From contig OZ245046.1 in assembly GCA_965224245.1 (NCBI GenBank), positions 5,568,001-5,632,000 of the forward strand: DNA of 64,000 nucleotides. Reading direction: 5' to 3'. The notes beneath the pieces are model-generated. The model did no database searches, was not told where the DNA came from, and worked only from the letters and a program-made list of their open reading frames with translations. Shown piece after piece: positions 36,023 through 45,330 of this stretch; positions within the stretch are counted from its first letter, which is position 1, and the number at the start of each line of letters is the position of its first letter. The translations under genes were made by a program, and so were the position numbers. This DNA is from Candidatus Eiseniibacteriota bacterium (GTDB taxonomy: Bacteria; Eisenbacteria; RBG-16-71-46; CAZAMP01).

Positions 36023-37497
36023 CGTTCGCGAAGAGTGTGTACGGAAGGGTCGCCCTGACCTTCCTGGGTGTGCTCGTGTTGCTGGGGTCTTTCCAGGTGT
36101 ACGCGACCTACCGGGCGTCGATGCTCTTCGTCCGCGAGACCGATCAGACGCTGAACCGCACCCTGGCCTCGGATCTCGCCGGCGGCTTCGCGCCGTTCAT
36201 GACCGACACGCTCGACCTGGAGGGCATCGCACACGAGATCCACCACCTGATGGTGATCAACCCCCACGTCGAAATCTACTTCCTCGACGACACCGGTGCG
36301 CCGATCGCGTACTTCCCCGAGTACAAGGTGCTGGAGCGGGATCGCGTGGATCTCGAGCCCATCGAGCGGTTCATCGAGAGCGGTGAGGACGTTCAGCTTC
36401 CGTTCCTCGGTGACGATCCCCTCCGCGCGGGCGGGTCGAAGCCGTTCTCCGCGGCCGCCGTGTCCTACGGTCACGACATGTCGGGATACATCTACGTGAT
36501 CCTGGGCGGCGAAAAGTACGACTCGGCGCGCGAGATGCTGTCCGAGAGCGCGATCGTGCAGATGGCGATCCGGTCCGTGGCGCTCTCGTTCCTGGTGGCG
36601 GCGGGCCTGGGATTGCTGCTGTTCGCCCGCGTCACGCAGCGACTCCGATCGCTCGCGACCGTGGTCTCGGAGTTCAGGCGGGGTGATCGTCACCGCCGCG
36701 CCCAGGTGCGCTCTCAGGACGAGGTGGACCGGCTGGCGTCGGCGTTCAACGAGATGGCCGACACCATCGACGCCAACCTCCAGAGGCTCGAGGACACCGA
36801 CCGACAACGCCGGGAGCTGATCGCCAACGTCTCCCACGATCTCCGGAGCCCGATCGCGGCGGTGCGCGGCTATCTGGAGCGGGTTCTCATCCGGGACGAG
36901 GACTTCACCTCCGAGGAGCGCCGTTCCCATCTGACCACCGCGCTGGCCAGCGTGGATCGGCTCTCGAACCTGGTCGGCGAGCTCTTCGAGCTGTCGAAGC
37001 TGGACGCGAAGCAGATCGTCCCCCAGCCCGAGCCGTTCTCCATCGCCGAGCTCGTGCAGGACGTGGCCGTCAGCTTCAGGCCGCGTGCAGAGGAGGCCGG
37101 CGTCACGATCCGCACCGAGGTGGGGGCGGGCATGCCGGTGGTGGTGGCGGACATCGCGCTGATCGAGCGAGTGGTGTCGAACCTGATCGAGAACGCGATT
37201 CGCTACACCGACGCGGGCGGCGAGATCGCCGTGTCCATCGAGCGCGCCGACCACGACCACGTGCTGGTTAACGTCTCGGACACCGGATGCGGAATCCCAC
37301 CCGAGGACGTTCCCCACGTGTTCGATCGGTTCTATCGGGTGGACAAGAGCCGCTCGCGGACCTCGGGCGGCTCGGGCCTCGGGCTGGCGATCGCCAAGAA
37401 GATCCTCGACGCACACGAGACGGTGATCACGGTGCAGAGTCGTCTCGAGGTGGGAACGACGTTCGAATTCCAGCTGCCGGTCCACCGTTCGGCCTGA
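36019..37497 (+). CDS. HAMP-domain sensor histidine kinase
   Basis: Two TMs, HAMP, SHDLRSP H-box, NLIENAIRY, DTGCGI, GSGLGLAI; ATGA overlap with the regulator. Confidence 0.93.
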   Translation: MTFAKSVYGRVALTFLGVLVLLGSFQVYATYRASMLFVRETDQTLNRTLASDLAGGFAPFMTDTLDLEGIAHEIHHLMVINPHVEIYFLDDTGAPIAYFPEYKVLERDRVDLEPIERFIESGEDVQLPFLGDDPLRAGGSKPFSAAAVSYGHDMSGYIYVILGGEKYDSAREMLSESAIVQMAIRSVALSFLVAAGLGLLLFARVTQRLRSLATVVSEFRRGDRHRRAQVRSQDEVDRLASAFNEMADTIDANLQRLEDTDRQRRELIANVSHDLRSPIAAVRGYLERVLIRDEDFTSEERRSHLTTALASVDRLSNLVGELFELSKLDAKQIVPQPEPFSIAELVQDVAVSFRPRAEEAGVTIRTEVGAGMPVVVADIALIERVVSNLIENAIRYTDAGGEIAVSIERADHDHVLVNVSDTGCGIPPEDVPHVFDRFYRVDKSRSRTSGGSGLGLAIAKKILDAHETVITVQSRLEVGTTFEFQLPVHRSA

Positions 37498-37561
37498 TCT
37501 CGCGCCGTGTACGACGTCGAGATCGAGCTGGCGCTCGCGAACGGGTGGGGGTCGAACCCTA

Positions 37562-37735
37562 GGGCAAAAGAAAAGGCAGGAGCCAGAATTCCATCGAGGT
37601 AGGCCGGGATACACTCGACGGCTCTTTGCCCCCGCCGCAAAAGCGAGACTCGTGCTGCCGGTCACCGGCAGTGTGCGTTCAACTCCTTGGACGCCGTTCG
37701 CTCCGAAAAGATGCACGGAAGAAGAGAAAAATACG
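37562..37735 (-). ncRNA. Putative structured small RNA of unknown class
   Basis: Lower-GC stretch between convergent genes with several stems and a minus-strand GGCUCCUGCC-UUUUCUUUU end. Confidence 0.35.
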
Positions 37736-37922
37736 TACCGGACACGCATGTCTCCCGGGTGAGCCGACCGATCGTTCAACGTGTTTTGGAGCAATACGAT
37801 ACGCGATCACTCGCGAGCGAACACCCGCTCAGGTCGAGTGATCCCCGGGGCGCGCGTCCAGCCCGTGGCGCTCGCCGCGCCGGCATTCGCTCCGCACGGA
37901 CGCAACGTGGCCTGCTGGATCT

Positions 37923-39107
37923 CTACACGCGCTCGAAGAGTCCCGCGGCGCCCATGCCGCCCCCGACGCACATCGTCACGATGCCGTACCGAGCGTCGCG
38001 TCGCATCATCTCGTGGACGAGCGTCGCGGTGAGCTTGGCCCCGGTCGCGCCCAGAGGGTGCCCGAGCGCGATGGCCCCGCCGTTGACGTTCACCTTCGAC
38101 TCGTCGAGCCCCAGCTCGCGAATCACGGCCAGCGCCTGGGCCGCGAACGCCTCGTTCAGCTCGATCAGATCGATCTGATCCAGCGACACGCCGGTCTGCG
38201 CGAGGAGCTTCGGCACCGCCTCCACGGGACCGATGCCCATCACGTCCGGGGCCACGCCGGCCACCGCGAATCCGCGGAACACCACGAGCGGTCTGGCCCC
38301 GATCGCGTCCGCGCGGGCGCGACTCATGACGACGGCCGCGCCGGCGCCGTCGCTGGTCTGCGATGCGTTGCCGGCGGTCACCGTGCCCCGTGCGTCGAAG
38401 ACCGGGCGTAGCCTGGCAAGGCGCTCCAGCGACGTGTCCGCGCGGGGGCCCTCGTCGGTGTCGACGACGTACTCGCGCGAGACCACGTCGTCCCCGACGG
38501 CCGCGGCCAGCGCGACCGGCACCGGGACGATCTCGTCGCGGAACCGCCCCGCCGCCTGCGCGGCCAGCGCGCGTTCGTGGCTTCGCAGCGCGAAGGCATC
38601 CTGGTCGGCGCGGGAGATGTCGTATCGCTGGGCCAGACGCTCGGCGGTGAGCCCCATGCCGAGGTACGAGTCGGGATCCCCGGTCGCGAGCACCGGGTTG
38701 GGAAGGTACCGATCACCTCCCATCGGGACCTGGCTCATCGACTCGGTGCCACCGGCCAGGATCGCCTCGGCGTTCCCGGCGGCGATCCGATCGGCGGCCT
38801 GCGCGATCGTCTGGAGCCCGCTGGAGCAGAATCGGTTCACGGTCATCGCGGGCACGTGATGCGGCACCCCCGCCCGGAACGATGCGATGCGGGCGACGTT
38901 CATGCCCTGCGACCCCTCGGGGAACGCGCATCCGAGGATGACGTCGTCCAGATCGCCGAGGTCGAGGCCGGCTACCCGCTCCACGGCGCCGGTGATCACG
39001 GCGGCGCCGAGCTCGTCGGGCCGCGTACTGCGAAGCTGTCCTCGCGGCGCCTTTCCGACGGGCGTCCGGACGGCGCTGACGATGACGGGCTGTCGAGCGT
39101 CACTCAT
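37923..39107 (-). CDS. fadA: Acetyl-CoA C-acyltransferase (3-ketoacyl-CoA thiolase)
   Basis: [27 protein letters not shown]. Confidence 0.95.
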   Translation of the reverse strand: MSDARQPVIVSAVRTPVGKAPRGQLRSTRPDELGAAVITGAVERVAGLDLGDLDDVILGCAFPEGSQGMNVARIASFRAGVPHHVPAMTVNRFCSSGLQTIAQAADRIAAGNAEAILAGGTESMSQVPMGGDRYLPNPVLATGDPDSYLGMGLTAERLAQRYDISRADQDAFALRSHERALAAQAAGRFRDEIVPVPVALAAAVGDDVVSREYVVDTDEGPRADTSLERLARLRPVFDARGTVTAGNASQTSDGAGAAVVMSRARADAIGARPLVVFRGFAVAGVAPDVMGIGPVEAVPKLLAQTGVSLDQIDLIELNEAFAAQALAVIRELGLDESKVNVNGGAIALGHPLGATGAKLTATLVHEMMRRDARYGIVTMCVGGGMGAAGLFERV

Positions 39108-39166
39108 GTCGATCTCCTCGCGAGCCCTGGGCGCCGCACGGGGGCGGATCGCCGAGGGAGTGGTCG

Positions 39167-41572
39167 TCAGTTTCGAAGCGGCTTCCCGGTCTCGAGAACG
39201 TGCAGCATCCGAGCCCGGGTGCGTTCGTCGCGGCAGAGCCGCCCGAACGCCTCGCGCTCGCAGCGGAGCAGGTACGACTCGGACACCTCCGCGGGACCGG
39301 AGAGATCACCGCCGCACAGCGTCCAGGCCAGGGCGTCGCCGACCACCACGTCGTACTCGGTGATGAACTGTCCGACGCGCATGTTGTGCAGCCCCGATCG
39401 CAGCGCGGCCAGACCCGGACCGCCGACGACGCGAATGCCCGAACGCGGTCGGGGTGGCCGGTATCCCTGGAGCTGAAGCGCGATCACGGTGTCGCGCGCG
39501 TCCCGGAGGAGGTGGTCACCGTTCATGGACATGCCGTCGGTCGGCCGGAGAAAGCCCAGCTCTCGCGCATCCGGTGCGCTCGTCGACACCCGTCCCATGC
39601 CGAGCGTCTCGAACACCGCGCGCACGAACGGGAACGGATCGATCGCGACCGCGCGTGGGATGCGATCGTCCATCCGGGCCAGCATCTCCTTGCATCCTCC
39701 TCCGGCCGGGATGACACCGGCGCCGACCTCCACCAGCCCGACGTAGCTCTCGGCCGCCGCCCGCACGCGATCGGCGCCCAGGAGGATCTCGCAGCCGCCG
39801 CCGATCGTCAGGCCGCGCGGGGCCACCACGACGGGGATCGAGGAGAACGTGAGCCGCTGCGTCACGCACTGGAAGGCACCGGTGATCTCGTCGATGGCCG
39901 ACCAGTCCTTCGAATCGATCGCCCCCAGGATCAGGGTCAGGTCGGCGCCGGCCGAGAAGGTGTCGCCGTCGTTGGCGATCACGAGCCCGCGGAGGTGTCG
40001 CTCGGCGTGGTCGAGGCTGGCGTGAAGGAGATCCATCACGCCGCGGTTGATCGTGTTCATCTTCGTCTTGAACGACAGCGCGGCGACCGCCTCGCCGAGG
40101 TCGACCAGCACCGCATCATCGTTCTCGAGGAGCACGTGCCCGTCGCGCGCGCGATCGGCGATCGTCATGACGCGCTCGTCGGCCGGTACCGCGACGTGGA
40201 CGCGCTCGTGGGGGTCGAACGCCTCCAGACCGCCGGAGACCCGGCGGTAGAACGATCCGCCGCCGGTGGCGACCGCGCGCACCCAGTCGGGAACCCGCGC
40301 CCCCTCGCGATCCAGGCGGGCGATGGCGTCGGCGACTCCGATGGCATCCCAGGTCTCGAAGGGTCCCATGCGCCACCCGAAGCCCCACTGCATACCGCGA
40401 TCGACGTTCGCGACGTCGTCGGAGATCTCCGGGATCGAGCGCGCGGCGTACGTCATGACGGCGCTCAGGTTCCGCCACAGGAACCGGCCGCCGCGCTCGT
40501 CGGCGTTCACGAGCGCGCGGACGCGCTCCCCGAGGTCGCGAACACGCCCCGCGATCGCGAGGCTCTCCAGCGAGGGCGGGTCGACGGGGACGTAGTCGAG
40601 CGTGGTCGGATCGAGCATCTCGATCACGCGAGCGCCCTTGGGGCCCGTCTTGCGATAGAAGCCGCCGCCCGACTTCTCGCCCAGCATGCCCCGCGAGACC
40701 ATCTCCCGGAGAAAGCCGGGCGGGCGAAGGCGATGCCGCTCGGGATCGTCCGGGAGCTGATCGGCCATGTTGTCCGCGACGTGGACGAGCGTGTCCAGCC
40801 CCACGACGTCGGCGGTCCGGAACGTCGCGCTCCTGGGGCGCCCGATCAGGGGACCGGTCAGCGCGTCGATCTCGGCCACCGTGTACCCGTCCTCGACGAG
40901 CGCGTGGAGGCACTGGACCATGCCGTACACGCCGATGCGGTTCGCGATGAAGTTCGGGGTGTCCTTCGCGTGGACGATGCCCTTGCCCAGCCGCTCCTCG
41001 CCGAAGCGGGCCATGGTCTCCACGACGTCGGGGTCGGTGTCGGGGCCCGGCACCAGCTCGAGCAGCTTCAGGTAGCGCGGCGGATTGAAGAAGTGCGTGG
41101 CCAGGAAGCGCCGCCGGGCCTCCTTTGGAAGCGCCTCGGCGATCGCGGCGACCGAGATGCCCGACGTGTTCGTGCTGAGGATCGCGTCGTCCCGCGCGTG
41201 CGCGGCGATCTTCGACCAGAGCGACTGCTTCAGGTCGAGGCGCTCGACGATCGCCTCGACGATCCAGTCCGCCTCGTCGAGGGCCGAGAGGTCGTCGAAG
41301 TGCCCGACCGTGACCAGGGCGGCGCTCGCGGGGGTGAAGAACGGCGCCGGGCTGGCCTTGGTCGCGCGGGCCAGACCCTCGGCGGCGATGCGGGTGGCGA
41401 CCGCGGGGTCGTCGAGCGACAGGCCGCGCGCTCGCTCGGCGTCGGTCAGCTCGCGCGGCCTCAGGTCGTAGAGCCGCGCCGGGATGCCGGCGTTGGCCAG
41501 ATGCGCCGCGATGGCGGCTCCCATGACGCCCGACCCCATCACGGCGGCCTGGCGTACTCTCGGCTGGGACAT
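39167..41572 (-). CDS. fadN: 3-hydroxyacyl-CoA dehydrogenase / enoyl-CoA hydratase fusion (FadN type)
   Basis: GSGVMG, STNTSG, HFFNPPRYLKLLE, GGGCE..GLVEVGAG, TGKPLRN. Confidence 0.9.
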   Translation of the reverse strand: MSQPRVRQAAVMGSGVMGAAIAAHLANAGIPARLYDLRPRELTDAERARGLSLDDPAVATRIAAEGLARATKASPAPFFTPASAALVTVGHFDDLSALDEADWIVEAIVERLDLKQSLWSKIAAHARDDAILSTNTSGISVAAIAEALPKEARRRFLATHFFNPPRYLKLLELVPGPDTDPDVVETMARFGEERLGKGIVHAKDTPNFIANRIGVYGMVQCLHALVEDGYTVAEIDALTGPLIGRPRSATFRTADVVGLDTLVHVADNMADQLPDDPERHRLRPPGFLREMVSRGMLGEKSGGGFYRKTGPKGARVIEMLDPTTLDYVPVDPPSLESLAIAGRVRDLGERVRALVNADERGGRFLWRNLSAVMTYAARSIPEISDDVANVDRGMQWGFGWRMGPFETWDAIGVADAIARLDREGARVPDWVRAVATGGGSFYRRVSGGLEAFDPHERVHVAVPADERVMTIADRARDGHVLLENDDAVLVDLGEAVAALSFKTKMNTINRGVMDLLHASLDHAERHLRGLVIANDGDTFSAGADLTLILGAIDSKDWSAIDEITGAFQCVTQRLTFSSIPVVVAPRGLTIGGGCEILLGADRVRAAAESYVGLVEVGAGVIPAGGGCKEMLARMDDRIPRAVAIDPFPFVRAVFETLGMGRVSTSAPDARELGFLRPTDGMSMNGDHLLRDARDTVIALQLQGYRPPRPRSGIRVVGGPGLAALRSGLHNMRVGQFITEYDVVVGDALAWTLCGGDLSGPAEVSESYLLRCEREAFGRLCRDERTRARMLHVLETGKPLRN

Positions 41573-41607
41573 GTGATGACGCTCCTTCGTCGGGTCACGA
41601 GCGGTGA

Positions 41608-42213
41608 TCAGCCCGGCTCCAGCGCTCGGGTCAGCATCCCGGTCAGGCGTTCGGTCCGAGGGCCGATCGCCTCCGATCCACTCGCTCGCTCCGTGTCGGC
41701 AAGGACCCACTCGGTGGCGGCGGCGTCCAGCGCTCCGTACACGAGCTGCCGGGCCGCCGTCGTATCGAGACCGGGGTCGAAATGCCCGGCTTCCTTTCCT
41801 TCCTCGATGACGCGCTCGATCAGGGCCAGGTACGGCGCGACCGCCGCGTCGATCCCGCGCCTGATCAGAGGATCGACCTCTCGCGCGTGCACCTGAAACA
41901 CCCGGGCCAGCTCGGTGTTCTCCGCGAAGAACTCGAGATGCAGCGCCGCGAGCTTCCGGAGCCGGGGCGCCCCCACCCGCACGGCGAAGAGCGCGGTCCG
42001 CGCGTCGGCCAGATGCGTGGCCATGAAACGCTCGACCAGCGCAACCAGGAGATCTTCCTTGCGCCGAAAGTAGAGGTAGATCGTGCCCGCCGCCACGCCC
42101 GCGACGCGGGCCACGTCGGCGACGGTCGCGCGGTGGTAGCCCTCGCGCGAGAACACGTCGACGGCGGCCAGGAGGATCCGGACCTCCTTGTCGGCGCTAC
42201 GCGGGCGCGCCAT
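41608..42213 (-). CDS. fadR: TetR-family regulator, FadR (YsiA)-like
   Basis: HTH VARVAGVAAGTIYLYFRRKEDL; heads the fad operon with a FadR box upstream. Confidence 0.8.
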   Translation of the reverse strand: MARPRSADKEVRILLAAVDVFSREGYHRATVADVARVAGVAAGTIYLYFRRKEDLLVALVERFMATHLADARTALFAVRVGAPRLRKLAALHLEFFAENTELARVFQVHAREVDPLIRRGIDAAVAPYLALIERVIEEGKEAGHFDPGLDTTAARQLVYGALDAAATEWVLADTERASGSEAIGPRTERLTGMLTRALEPG

Positions 42214-42231
42214 GAGGGGCTCGGGTAAGCA

Positions 42232-42251
42232 TGAATGAATGATCATTCATT
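42232..42251. promoter_or_regulatory. FadR (TetR-type) operator
   Basis: TGAATGA-ATGA-TCATTCA (42232-42249), overlapping perfect palindrome AATGAATGATCATTCATT (42234-42251), 19 nt upstream of the fadR ATG. Confidence 0.85.
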
Positions 42252-42352
42252 ACCCGGGTACGGTCAATCTCCGGTTTCCGCGCGGCTTTCGGCTCCCACC
42301 GAGATCACACGGCTTCCGCCCGGGGCTCGGGGACGGTCGGGTCGCCCGCCCG

Positions 42353-43936
42353 TCAGCGCGATCGCCAGACGATCCGGCTCGCCTCCGAAGAGCGTCCATC
42401 GTCCCAGCGCGCACGGACGAAGTAGGTGGCGGAGGCGACCCATCGTCGGTGGTGATCGCGACCGTCCCACCAGATCTCCCGCCCCCTTCGCGGGAGTCGG
42501 ACCACGTGCCGTCCGGAGGCGTCGAAGACATCGAACGCGCGGGCAAGGGCGCCGTCGCGGTCCGCCGGAGCCGTGATCCGCAGCCGCCCACACGCCGGGT
42601 TCGGGAACACCACCGGCTGGACGGGTGGGGTCGAGGGTCCATGGGGAGCCTCGATCGTGTCGACCATGAACGGCACCCACACGCTGCCGCTGTGGCCGTC
42701 GTGCCCCGGTGCCCCGACCGCGAGGTCCACGACACCATCGCCGTTCAGGTCGCCGAGCGGTGTGATGCCGCGACCGAGCTCGGAGCGAACCTCCAGGGGG
42801 CCGGTGAAGCCGCCCCTGTCCTGTCCGATCAAGAGCTCCGACTTCACGGTGGCGTCCGCATTCAGGCACAACACCCAGGCCGCGCCGTAGCGGTAGTCGT
42901 CGTCCATCGGAAACTCGTCGTACCCGATCGCGCCGACCAGGAGATCGGTGACGCCGTCGCCGTCGGCATCATCCACCGATGCGACCGCCGTTCCGAAGAA
43001 GTCGTACTGGTAGAACGTCTGCTGAAGACCGCCTTCACCTTCCGCGATCAGATGCCACTCACGAGCGCTCCCGTCCGGATTCAGCAGGATGATCCAGACG
43101 GCGCCCTCCCCGGGGTGCTCGCCGTTGTGTGACGGTACCCCGACGGCGATGTCGGTGGTTCCGTCGCCGTCGAAGTCCCCGATCGCATCGCACGCCGCAC
43201 CGAAGCTGTGGCTCGACGGAGACGAGACGATCGGCGTCTCGCCGATGACGGTGCCGTCGGCCCCGAGCTTCAGGATCCACACGGTCGCCTGCGACCCGAC
43301 CGCAACGTCCGGTGTGCCGTTGCCGTCGAAGTCGCCCAGCGGGGCGAGCGCTCGGCCGAAGTATCCCAGTCGACCCGTGTAGGCATCCCCGTCGATCCGG
43401 TGATCCTCTCGCACCGTGCCGTCGTCGTTCATCCACAGGATCCAGACGGCGCCGACGTTCTCCTCGCCGAGATCGACCCCGGGCGCACCGACCGCCAGGT
43501 CGGTCACGTGATCGCCGTCGAGGTCGCCGAGGGGGATGGCCCTCCACCCGAAGTAATCGCCATCGGCGAGCGTTCCCGAGATTCCGCCAGGACCGTCGGA
43601 GATCTTCGTCCAGTCGTACGCGGTTCCATCGGGGCTCAGATGGACGATCCACACCGCGCCCTTCGACACGGCGTCGTCGAAGTCCACCGGGGCGCCGACG
43701 AGGAGGTCCGTGACGCCGTCACCGTCGGCGTCACCCAGGCTGGACACGTCGCACCCGAACTCGCTGATGATGATCTGGCCGCCGAACCCACCCGACCCCT
43801 GGCCGATCCGCACCTCGTCGACGACCTGGCCCGGGCCGCTCGCCCCCCGGCCCGGCAGTGTGCTCAGGGCGAGCGAGACCCACGCGACGCGGGTCGCGAT
43901 GCAGCACGAGCGTATCGCGTGTCGGCCGCTCTTCAT
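42353..43936 (-). CDS. Secreted FG-GAP (integrin-alpha-like) repeat protein with FlgD/T9SS-like CTD
   Basis: Six FG...GD.DGDG..DL.VGA repeats; C-terminal VFPNP..FDASGRHV..WDGRD. Confidence 0.85.
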   Translation of the reverse strand: MKSGRHAIRSCCIATRVAWVSLALSTLPGRGASGPGQVVDEVRIGQGSGGFGGQIIISEFGCDVSSLGDADGDGVTDLLVGAPVDFDDAVSKGAVWIVHLSPDGTAYDWTKISDGPGGISGTLADGDYFGWRAIPLGDLDGDHVTDLAVGAPGVDLGEENVGAVWILWMNDDGTVREDHRIDGDAYTGRLGYFGRALAPLGDFDGNGTPDVAVGSQATVWILKLGADGTVIGETPIVSSPSSHSFGAACDAIGDFDGDGTTDIAVGVPSHNGEHPGEGAVWIILLNPDGSAREWHLIAEGEGGLQQTFYQYDFFGTAVASVDDADGDGVTDLLVGAIGYDEFPMDDDYRYGAAWVLCLNADATVKSELLIGQDRGGFTGPLEVRSELGRGITPLGDLNGDGVVDLAVGAPGHDGHSGSVWVPFMVDTIEAPHGPSTPPVQPVVFPNPACGRLRITAPADRDGALARAFDVFDASGRHVVRLPRRGREIWWDGRDHHRRWVASATYFVRARWDDGRSSEASRIVWRSR

Positions 43937-44015
43937 CGGAATGCCGATCCCTTCTCCACCGAGGGCCGTCGGAGGCACCCGGCTCGAGCCGGGGGCCGGC
44001 GCGGAGGTCGACGCG

Positions 44016-45242
44016 CTACCGCGAGGTGGCCGCGTAGAGCCCCTTGATGCGCGCCCACGTCACCGGCCGCGTCGGGGACGAATCGAGGGGGACGATCATC
44101 GACGTCAGCTCGTCGAAGCTGCAGGCGAGCCCCTCGTAGCGGTGTGTGACCACGATCTCGCGGTCTCCTCCGGACGCATACTCGTGCGTCAACGTCCGGA
44201 ACGTCTCGCCCTCGACGAACCACCCGGCGTCCTCCGGCTCTCCGGAGTCGTCCCAGTTTACCGCCGCATCCGAAAGGTACGGAAGACGGATGTCCGAAGC
44301 CGTGTACAGGTATACGAGGTAGGGTGGCCCACCGGGTTCGCGGCTCACCTCGAGCTCGACCGACGGCGGCACCAGTGTGAGCCGCCACTCCTCGCGCGCA
44401 GTCGAGTCCTTGCACCACCAGGCCTCGGCGGTGGCCGTGATCGTGTGGGTGCCCGGACAGGTGAACGTGTGGTGGAGATCCAGATCCAGGACGGGGACAT
44501 ACGCCTCGATCTCGCCGCTCGCCCACGTTTCCCCGTCGCCGAAGTCCAGCTCGACGTGTCGGATGCCCGAGCAGTCCTCGTCGATCACCGAGCCCGTGAT
44601 GTGCGCGGTCGCCGGGGCGCGCTCCGAGTCGAGGACGATCTCGACCTCGAAGCTCGGGGGATACGCCGGCTGCACCATGCACAGCTCGAGGAGCGTGAAG
44701 CCCGACGCGGCCACCCAGCGCGCCAGCTCCGGATCCTGCATGCGCCAGAGGTACTCGGTCTCGTACGCGGCGTCGAGGCGTTCGGCCAGGCCCCGGCCCG
44801 CCGATTGCTCGATCAGGTACCCGACCGCGCAGATCCGGCCGCGTCGATCGATGAAGCACGGGCGGCTCTCGCCCGGCACCCGGTCGTTCCGTGGGAAGAG
44901 ACCGGCGTCGACGTAGTCGCGGAGCGCCGCGAGGTGACGCCGGCGGGCGTTGCGACGCTCGGCGGGCAGCTCCGAGACGTCGCGTCGCGACAGGAGCGCG
45001 TGCACGAACTCGAGGTGGGTCCGGATCCGGTCGTCCGGATCGGTGCCGGGCGACGGCACGGTGCCGTACCGGGCCACGTAGCTGGCGTCACCCAGCACCG
45101 CGTTGATGGTGTGGCGGCCGCCGATCGCCACGTCGTCGAGTCCTCCCGGGGCTCGGGCCACCGTGGGCCGAGGGGGCGAGACGACGATCAGGACCAGGAG
45201 CAAGAGGCTCGAGATGGAAGGGACGGCGATGCGTTCGGACAT
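44016..45242 (-). CDS. Secreted hypothetical protein with PKD-like folds and TWxxIKxLY C-terminal motif
   Basis: Signal peptide; FPRN..PCFID..CAVGYL domain; LDFGDG/VNWDD..HEY PKD-like segments; ends PVTWARIKGLYAATSR. Confidence 0.72.
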   Translation of the reverse strand: MSERIAVPSISSLLLLVLIVVSPPRPTVARAPGGLDDVAIGGRHTINAVLGDASYVARYGTVPSPGTDPDDRIRTHLEFVHALLSRRDVSELPAERRNARRRHLAALRDYVDAGLFPRNDRVPGESRPCFIDRRGRICAVGYLIEQSAGRGLAERLDAAYETEYLWRMQDPELARWVAASGFTLLELCMVQPAYPPSFEVEIVLDSERAPATAHITGSVIDEDCSGIRHVELDFGDGETWASGEIEAYVPVLDLDLHHTFTCPGTHTITATAEAWWCKDSTAREEWRLTLVPPSVELEVSREPGGPPYLVYLYTASDIRLPYLSDAAVNWDDSGEPEDAGWFVEGETFRTLTHEYASGGDREIVVTHRYEGLACSFDELTSMIVPLDSSPTRPVTWARIKGLYAATSR

Positions 45243-45330
45243 GGGGAGCTCCAACGAATGCGGTGATTCGCCGGAGACCTGCGAGGTGCCCGAAGTCTAT
45301 CGCAGACCGGCCGCCGCCGGAAGCGGCGCA

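Noticed and set aside
37490..37565. ykkC/guanidine-I riboswitch (minus-strand CTAGGGTTC...ACACGG)
   Set aside because: Lacks the conserved 3' GGGAxAAAAGCCCG element and points into the 3' end of an opposite-strand gene.
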